From the NCBI GenBank assembly GCA_047518105.1, contig JAKZRQ010000134.1, positions 1 through 61,784 on the forward strand: a stretch of 61,784 nucleotides of DNA. The letters are read 5' to 3'. This document shows positions 36,564-45,100 of the stretch, in pieces; positions within the stretch are counted from its first letter, which is position 1, and the number at the start of each line of letters is the position of its first letter. Under the pieces are notes generated by a model. That model made no database searches. It was given only the letters and a program-made list of their open reading frames with translations, and was not told the DNA's origin. The position numbers were made by a program, and so were the translations under genes. Source of the stretch: Pseudomonadales bacterium. Its GTDB lineage: Bacteria > Pseudomonadota > Gammaproteobacteria > Pseudomonadales > Azotimanducaceae.

Positions 36564-37793
36564 CTATCCCCGGACGACATCCCGGACCGCGCCGGGACCG
36601 CGAACGCCCTTGGCCGCGACGATCAGCGGGAGCAGCAGACCGACGCAGATGACCAGGCTCGTCGCCGCCAGCGCCAGGAACGCGACCCGCAAGTTCCACA
36701 AGTCCAGAACCGCGCCGACGGCCGGTGCCGCCAACGCGACCGCGACGCGAAAACCCATGCTTGCGAAGGAGTTCGCCGTGGCCCGAAACGTACTCGGCAC
36801 GCGCTTGTTCAACGCCTGGCGCAGGACGACGATTCCGAAGCCCCTGCAGGCGAAGAACAGCGCGCTGACCAGTACGCCGCCCACCGCCCCGAGCGTGCCG
36901 AGACCGAGATAGCCGATGATCGGAGCGGACCCGATGACAAGCAGCATCGCGGTGCTGCCGAAGCGGTTCTCCAGGTCCAGCGCGTACTTCCCCGCCGCTG
37001 CGGAAACGAGCGTCAGCCCGCACCACAGATAGCCGAAGTAGAGGATGTCGATGCCTTGATCCTGCCAGTGCTTCTGCAGCAGCCAGACCGCGAGAAACGT
37101 CGTCAACGGCCAGACCGACAGCGCGAGAAACGTCAGGCGCAGGAGCGGTCCGTTCGCGACCATGTGGCTGAGCGCTCGCCACAGGTTCTGCGAGTGGCTG
37201 CCGTGTTGCATCCGCTCGCGCACCGGCTCGACCAGAGCGAACGTCAGCCCGAAGGCGATCCAGGCGGACGCCACCTGCGCGTAGACGGCGACATCCATCG
37301 ACCACAACAGGACGACGCTGCAAGCCGCCGCTGCGAGCGCTTCGGAGAGATTGCGCACGAAAAAAAGCCGACCGACGGCTTTGCGCCTGCGGTCCGTCGC
37401 ATCGCGTAGCGCAAGTTCGGTGTCGTAGAGCAGCGCCAGATCCGCCCCGGAGATCAGGCTGAAGCCGAGGGCGAGAAAGGCTTCGAAAATCGCGAGTTGC
37501 CAGAACCCTTCGGCGAACAGCAGCACGCTGTGTCCCACGGCGGCGAAGAACGTGCCGACGATCAGCGTGCTCTTGCGTCCAAGCAGGTCCGCGAGGTAGC
37601 CCGACGGCACCTCGAAGACGAGCACGAGGCATCCGAACACGGTCTGCAACAGCAGGACATCGGACAGGCTCAGCCCCCGGCTCTCGAAGAAGAGCACGAT
37701 GACGGGCATCAGCACCATGAACACCTGGAAGAACGACAGCGCCAGCGTTCGCCGGATGTTCCGCTCAAGTTGTCGCCGAGTCGGCGTCGACAT
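36564..37793 (-). CDS. MFS transporter
   Basis: 12-TM-like profile. Contains G.LADLLGRK. ATG at 37791-37793. Confidence 0.8.
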   Translation of the reverse strand: MSTPTRRQLERNIRRTLALSFFQVFMVLMPVIVLFFESRGLSLSDVLLLQTVFGCLVLVFEVPSGYLADLLGRKSTLIVGTFFAAVGHSVLLFAEGFWQLAIFEAFLALGFSLISGADLALLYDTELALRDATDRRRKAVGRLFFVRNLSEALAAAACSVVLLWSMDVAVYAQVASAWIAFGLTFALVEPVRERMQHGSHSQNLWRALSHMVANGPLLRLTFLALSVWPLTTFLAVWLLQKHWQDQGIDILYFGYLWCGLTLVSAAAGKYALDLENRFGSTAMLLVIGSAPIIGYLGLGTLGAVGGVLVSALFFACRGFGIVVLRQALNKRVPSTFRATANSFASMGFRVAVALAAPAVGAVLDLWNLRVAFLALAATSLVICVGLLLPLIVAAKGVRGPGAVRDVVRG

Positions 37794-37810
37794 CGATTTT
37801 TGTCCTATGC

Positions 37811-37856
37811 AAAAAGAAGAACCCCGAAGGCTCGGGGGCTTCGGGGCTCTTTTTCG
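37811..37856. terminator. strong bidirectional intrinsic-terminator-like hairpin
   Basis: aaaaagaagaaCCCCGAAGgctcgggggCTTCGGGGctcttttt. The minus-strand reading is followed by TTCTTCTTTTT and lies ~20 nt upstream of the MFS start codon. Confidence 0.65.
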
Positions 37857-38094
37857 AACGATGTGGTGTCGCGAAACTACCCGCTGCCAGCGCCTCGGAT
37901 GCGGCAGTGCACTTGGAACCACACACGACCCCACGCCGTCGAACGGGACGCGACGTCGCGGAAGATGTGGTGCGGTTGCCCGGTCATGGCGCCCTGGGCC
38001 TCGGATCGAAGGCGCGGCACTCTATCAGGTCGGAATGGGAAACGCGACGGCACTCACGCGCCCGGGGCGCCGGAGCCTGAGTGCCCTGAGTGCC

Positions 38095-38375
38095 CTAGCC
38101 CGCATTTCTCACCAGGCCGCTTCTCGGCGTCAAAAGAGCTCATGGTTTCAAGAAGTTGACCGCGATGCCAACGATCGTGCCGGTTGCAGACTGCGCTGGC
38201 CGTGCCCTCGCGGGTCTTGTGGCCCCGTGTACACACGGGCCCGTGCGCGCACATGCTCCCTCAACCGTAGGCCCCGCTATGCTCTCGGTCGCGAGCACGC
38301 GCACGTGCCCGTTGTGTACAACGGGGCCAAAATCCTCCGCGATCATCACGGCCCCTGGTGAGAAATGCGGGCCAG
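38095..38375 (+). mobile_element. MITE family 1, long variant (copy C, 281 bp)
   Basis: ctagcccgcatttctcaccagg...cctggtgagaaatgcgggccag. Contains an ~85-bp internal palindrome-rich block that is absent from copy A. Confidence 0.85.
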
Positions 38376-38380
38376 GGCCG

Positions 38381-38950
38381 TGGCAGCCCGCTGTCCAATG
38401 AGAAAGTGAGGGTGGAATCGCCCGAACCGTGAAGCGTTCGGTACACCTCGAACTGGCGCCGCAGGACTTCGCGGGTGGCCCAGCCCGGACATCTGTCCGT
38501 AGGCTTCGTCGACCTCCGCCGGCAGCCGGATGTCCACCGCCGCGTACTTGCGCGCGAACGGCCAGCACGCGGCCGCCGCCGCGCCGGTCCCGCACCGCGC
38601 CCGTCTCGCGCCACTGCCGCACCAGGCACTCCATCTGCTGGCGCGAGACGCCCGTCGCGGCCGCGAGGAACTTGAGCACCGCGCCCTTGTCCCGCTTGCC
38701 GAGCCTGCGGTAGCCGAAGCGCTCCAGCGTCTCCGGGACGAACCCGTAGGTCTCGTCCCGGTGCCGAGGTTGGAAGTCCACAGCTTCGTTGCCCTCGACG
38801 AAGGCCCGAAGCTGCCCGATTGTGCGTAGCCGCCGCGTCTGGATGTCCACGATCATCGCCGAATGATGCGCCGGACACCCGTTTCACCCTCACTTCGCGT
38901 TGGAATCGGCCCTTCGCTTCACCCTCACTTCCCGCTGGACAGTGCGGGCA
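38381..38950 (-). mobile_element. internally deleted IS/transposon remnant bounded by ~30-bp imperfect inverted repeats
   Basis: The reverse complement of 38385-38420 (gattccaccctcactttctcattggacagcgggc) matches 38918-38949 (ttcaccctcacttcccgctggacagtgcgggc). An extra subterminal direct copy lies at 38883-38912. Confidence 0.6.
38400..38856 (-). pseudogene. N-terminal remnant of a DDE (rve-type) integrase/transposase with several frameshifts
   Basis: Frame a: MIVDIQTRRLRTIGQLRAFVEGNEAVDF...GVSRQQMECLVRQWRETGAVRDRRGGG. Frame b: PFARKYAAVDIRLPAEVDEAYGQMSG. Frame c: ATREVLRRQFEVY. No catalytic domain follows. The resemblance to ISNCY-type integrases is from memory. Confidence 0.6.
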
Positions 38951-39121
38951 ATTCAAGAACAAATTTGATAGCCTCGATGTTGACTATGGAAGGTGTTGTT
39001 CCGGCGTTGCGCGCCGAGTCGAGGCGCCATTGATCGGCAGCGGTTTCAAAGTCGAGCAACGAGTAACGATCCGCTTGTTCCTACCGGTGGTCGTCGACAA
39101 GTGCAGAAGGAGCGCAAACGA

Positions 39122-42100
39122 ATGCTCCCATACGCTCTCCAGGGTATTGGCCCCGGAAAATCCGCCGTCTGGGCAGGTCTGTTTGCCCTGTTGTCGCCTT
39201 CCTTGGCAACCGCAAATGCCGGAAACGACCAGATTGTCCTGATCGTGTCGACTGCGGTCGGTGCCTCGGATTCGGCCATTGCACGCGCTCCTTGTTGGGA
39301 TGAGGCACCGCCGGACGCCAAGGTGTTGTGCCGTCCGGAGACCCCGGAGCACGCCGGAACCATCGGTATCCGGCTGACGACCAGCAATGGCCAACCGGCC
39401 AAGGGACGGATCACGGCGGACTACGCGACCTTCGAGATCACGGCCACCTCCCCTGGGGACTACATCCACCGGCAGAGTATGCTGGTCATCGAGGATGGCG
39501 AGGTCGGAAGCCAAATAGAAGAAATCACGCTCCTGGACGACAACGTTGCCGAGGAGACCGAGACGTTCGGAGTGCGAGTCACCAACTTCGTGGCGCCTCC
39601 GCAATACAGCCTGACTTACGATCACAGCATAGAGACGATCCTCGACAACGACCGTGAAACGACCTTTTTCGACCTCTCGGCAAGTCCCTCGATCATCTCG
39701 GAGGATGAGGGAGCGACCTCGGTCGAGGTCACGGCCACGGCGGACGGCAATGTCCTCGACACACAAACGACGATAACGGTTTCCGTATCGGGTAGCGGTG
39801 CCAACATCGCGGTGGCCTTCGAGCCGGTTTCGGACTTCACGATCACCGTACCTGCAAACGAGCGTTCGGGGTCGGCGAGGTTCACGCTGACGCCGGTGGA
39901 CGACGAGGTCCTCCAAGTAAGCGAAACGGTGGTTCTGGCCGGCACGGTACCCGGCTTGGCGGTGAACGGGACCACGTTGCGCTTGGTCGACCATGAGGTC
40001 TTGACGTTCGCCGTGGCAGACGCGTCCGGTCCGGAAGACGGGCCCCCTTTGGCGTTTGAGGTGTCGCTCGGCGTGGAAGTGGTCTTGCCCACAGAGGTGG
40101 TATACCAAACGGAGGCCGGGACAGCTACGTACTTCTGGGACTACGAGGTAACTGTCGGCGTGTTGACCTTCGCGCCCGGCGAGAAGTCGAAGACAGTCAA
40201 CGTGCGGTTGATCGACGATTCGCTGTACGAGGACGACGAGAAGTTCGACTTGGCTCTCCTCTACACCTCCATCGGCGGTATCTCCTACCATCGTTTGCAA
40301 GTCAGCGGAACCGGGACCATCATCGACGACGACAAACCGCCCGTGATCCAGGCCGTCCATGCCTCGGCCAACGAGGGCGACCAACTCCTGTTCGAGGTGA
40401 AACTGGAGGGGGAGAGCGAGTTGCCGGCGCTGGTGGAATACGCCACCTCGGACGGGACTGCAACGGAAGGCGACGACTATCTTCCGGCGGCGGGCACACT
40501 GACTTTCTCACCGGGCGAGCAGTCGCACACGATCACGGTTTCGACGATCAACGACGACATTGTGGAAGGACGCGAGGACGTTGCGCTAACCCTGCTCCGC
40601 GCGGAAGACGCGACCCTGGACCCTTCCTCCCGCGAAGCGGTGGGAACGATCATCGACGACGACACCGTGTCGCTGACGGTAGCCGACGCGGCGGCGGTAG
40701 AGGATGGGGCCGCTCTGGCCTTTCGCGTCACCCTCTCGCCGTCGAGCCCGCTGGCGGTGACGGCAGACTTCGCAACATCGGACACCACTGCAATCGCAGG
40801 CGAAGACTACGAGGCGGCGTCGGGCACGCTGACCTTCCCGGCGGGAACGACTTCGGCAACGGTTCTCGTGGAGGTGCTGGACGACAGCATCTACGAAGAA
40901 GAAGAGACGTTGACCCTCGCGTTTTCCAACGCGGCGAACGCCGACGCGCCCGACAAGCCCGCAACGGGAACGATACGCGACGACGACGACCCACCCGATA
41001 TCGTCGTCGACCCGGCCTCCGCCCTCGAAGGCGGAGGCCCGCTCGCGTTCACGGTACGCCTCACCGAGACGAGCGGAGCACAAGCGACAGTTTCCTACCG
41101 AACCTCGCCGGGCTCGGCTTCGGCCGGTTCGGACTACACGCCGGTCTCCGGAAACCTGACGTTCGAGCCCGGCGATACCAGGCGCACCATCGAGGTGGCG
41201 CTGCTCGACGACGACGTGGACGAGGCGGACGAGACCTTTTCCATGACCTTGACCGCGGCGAACGGCGCGACCTTGGGGAGATCGACCGCGCAGGGGACGA
41301 TTCGCGACGACGATCTACCCGCCGTCTCCGTCCGCGCCCTGACGGCATCGGTGGTGGAAGGCGCACCTGCGACGTTCGAGGTCACCGTCGCGGGCATCGC
41401 GGCACCCGCCACCGGAGTCCGGGTGCGGCTGACCGGGATTGGCGGCTTCCTGGCATCGGGCCCGACAACCAGGACCATCGCGTTCGTCGCGGGCAGCAAG
41501 ACGGCGCGCCTGGTTGCGCCGACCGAAGACGACGCCCGGGACGAACCGGACGGTGAGGTAACGGCGACGCTGGTGGCAGGTTCCGGCTACCGGATCGGAA
41601 CTCCCTCGAGCGCTACGGCTGCGGTGCTGGACAATGACCAGCGCGCGGTGCTCGTTCAGCCGACGGCGCTGGCCGTGGTGGAAGGCGCCCAGTCCAGCTA
41701 CACGATCGGCCTCGCCAGCGAACCGTCGGGAGAGGTGACCGTCGCAGTGACGGTCCCGGGAAGCACGGACGTGTCGGCAGCGCCAGCGGCGGTGACCTTC
41801 ACAGCCATCGACTGGCAAACACCGCGCCGCATCACGGTGTCGGCAGCGGAGGATGACGACCTCCTGGCGGATGCACCGGTGCGTCTGGCCCACGCGGCAA
41901 AAGGCGCCGACTACGACGGGACAACCGGCGATTCGGTGACGGTGACGGTCGTGGAGAACGACTCGGCGGCGTTCTGGATTGGCGATGTCTCCGCGGCCGA
42001 GTCCGACGGCATGCTGCGCTTCGTCGTGTCGCTGAGCGTGGCCAGTCCGGCGACGGCGACCGTCGACTACGCCACGATGGACGGCTCGGCAACAGCGGAC

Positions 42101-45100
42101 AGCGACTATCGGGCCACTGCGGGAACGCTCACCTTCCTGCCCGGAGAGACCTCGAAGACGGTCGTCGTCGAGCTGCACGACGACGACCTGCACGAGGCGG
42201 ACGAGACCTTGCGCCTAACGCTGTCGAACGCCGTCGATGCGGTGATCGCCAAGGTAGGGGGCACCGGCACAATCGCCGACGACGACAGCGCGCCCGTGCT
42301 GGCGGTGGGCGACGCCATGGCGGTGGAGAGTGCGGGCAGAATCAGCTTTCCGATCACCATGGACGGAGCGACCGGCGACAACGTCACCATCGCCTACGCG
42401 ACTGAAGACGCCACGGCAGCGGCAGGCGCGGACTACCTGGCCGCGTCGGGCTCGCTGACCTTCGCCTCCGGCGAGATTTCGAAGACGGTCACCGTTACGT
42501 TGCTCGACGATTCGCGGTACGAGGCGGACGAGACCTTTCGCATGACGCTCGCGAGTCCCGTCAACGCCGTTGTCGACAAGGACGCCGGTACCGGAACGAT
42601 CACCGACGACGACGAACCCCCGGTGCTCGCCGTCGCGGACATGTCAGCCTCCGAGAACGCCGGCACGATGGCATTCGAGGTCACGCTCCGCGAGGTCGCC
42701 GCGACAAGGGTGGCCGTCGACTACGCCACGGCCGACGCCACGGCGCTTGCCGGGCAGGACTACTCCGCGGCGGCGGGGACACTGGCCTTCCTTCCCGGCG
42801 AGACCACAAGGACCATCATCGTCCCCTTGCTCGATGATGCGCTCCACGAGATGGACGAGACGTTTCGCGTAACCCTGGCCAATCCGGTCGGCGCAATCGT
42901 CGCCGACGACGAGGCGACCGGGACGATCACCGACGACGACGAAGCGGCGACGTTGTCGGTCGGCGATCAGTCGGCTGTCGAGAGCCTCGGCGAGATTGTC
43001 TTCGAGATCTCGCTCGCCGGACAAAGCGCGATGCCGGTGACCGTCGAATACGCGACGGCGAACGGCACTGCAAATGCCCAGGAGGACTACGAGGCGACCA
43101 CCGGAACACTGACATTCGACCCCGGCGAGAGGTCGCAGACGATCATCGTCCCCTTGCTCGACGACGCCGTTCACGAAGCGACCGAGACATTCCAGCTAGA
43201 GCTGTCGAGCCCTTTCGGCGCCAATCTCGCCCACGGCGTCGGTACAGGAACGATCACCGACGACGACCCGGTACCGAGGCTGACGGCACGGGACGCAACG
43301 GCCTCGGAGGACGCCGGCGAGCTGACCTTCGAGATTGTGATGACGGGCGAAAGCGACAGCCCGGCCACCGTCGACTACGCCACGTCGGACGACACCGCTT
43401 TGGCGGCCGCCGACTACGAAGCGATCTCAGGCACGCTCACCTTCGTTCCAGGCGAGAGCTCGAAGACGATCGCCGTTCCGCTGCTCGACGATGAGGTGCA
43501 CGAGGCGGACGAGACCTTGTTCCTGACGCTGGCCAGTCCCGACGGCGCCACTCTCCCGACCGCGGCCGATGCCGACGCTACCGGAACCATCACCAACGAC
43601 GACGGCGAACCGACGTTGGCGGTAGCGGACGCCACGGCTTCGGAGGACGTCGGCAAACTCGCGTTCGTGATCGCCATGACGGGCGCGAGCGACCGCCCGG
43701 CAACCGTCGACTACGCCACGTCGGATGGCACAGCCACGGCCACACAAGACTATGTTGCGACGGCGGGAACGCTCACCTTCGCGCCGGGCGAGGCGTCGAA
43801 GGCGATTGTTGTCCGGGTACTCGGCGACACGCTGCCGGAACCCGACGAAACCCTGCAGATGACACTGTCGAACGCGGCGGGCGCTGCGGTGGCCGATGGC
43901 GTCGGCATGGGAACCATCCAGGACGACGACGAGACGCCGCCAGAGACCGCACGGCCAATCGACGACATGGTCATTGCGCTGGGCACCACACGGGATCTGA
44001 ACCTGACGCCGCACTTCGTGGGCGTACCGACCAGCTATTCGGCACAGGCGGCCAACGAGGCCGTTGGGGTGTCGGTGGACGGTGCGGTGCTGACCGTGCA
44101 CGGCAACGCGGTCGGTGCAGCCGAGGTGACCGTCACCGCCGCCAACGGCGCCGGCGAGGCGACGCAGACATTCACCGTAACCGTGGTGGCGCCGCCAACG
44201 GCCTTGAGAACGCTACCGCAGATGGCGCTATGCGTGGGCGGCGAACCGCGCTCGGTAGACTTGGCGACTTATTTCGACGGCAGTTCGCTGCGCTACAGCG
44301 CAATGGTGTCCGACCCGAACACGGCGAGTGTGACACTCGATGGCACGACCCTTGCCGTAGCGCCGAGAAACGAGGGCGTAGCCACGGTGACCGTCACCGC
44401 GGGCAACGCGCTCGGCGAGGCGAGCCAAGTCTTCGGTGTCACCGTGGTGAAGGACGAAGCGGAACTGGCGGCTGCGGAAGCAGCCCTGGCGGCGGTGGCG
44501 CGCAGCCTTCTCGCGAGCATCGGGGATGCGGTGGCCGAGCGTCTACGCGGTTCGCGACGGGCATCCCGTCCGGCGGCGCAGGACCTCGGCCCCGGGCATC
44601 GGTACGCGCACCTCGCCGCGGCACGGTCGAACCCATTCGACGAGCCGACAACGGATTTCGACACGGGTTCCGGTCTCGCACCGGACCAGGGCCGGCAGCA
44701 GCTTCGACGCCTGCCCCCCTTCTCGCTATCGGTTGCCGCCGCCGATGCCCCATCGTCCACCGCGTATTGGGTCCGCGGCGACTGGCGCCGCTTCGAAAGT
44801 CGCGACGGCGACAACCAACGCGACGGCACGCTGGGCACCTTGCATCTCGGCATCGACAGGTCGTTCGGCAAGGCCGTGGTCGGCATCGCCGCATCGCTCT
44901 TTGCCGCACAGGTCGACTACCGCTTCGAGCGCAGTTCGGCGGCGTGCGGCACCTCATTGGGCAAAGGCCTGCTGGAGACCGACCTTGTAGGCGTGCACCC
45001 CTATGCGAGTTGGCCGATCGGCCGCGGCAAGATGTGGGCGTTCTTGGGGGCCGGGCGCGGCGACGTGGCGCTTCGCCGCTGCGATTCCGAACGCGGTCAG

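Noticed and set aside
37857-38094. A known riboswitch class in the MFS leader
   Set aside because: I could not match the sequence to ykkC/guanidine, fluoride or other transporter-associated riboswitch consensus sequences by eye. I left it as an open question in the findings rather than as a feature.
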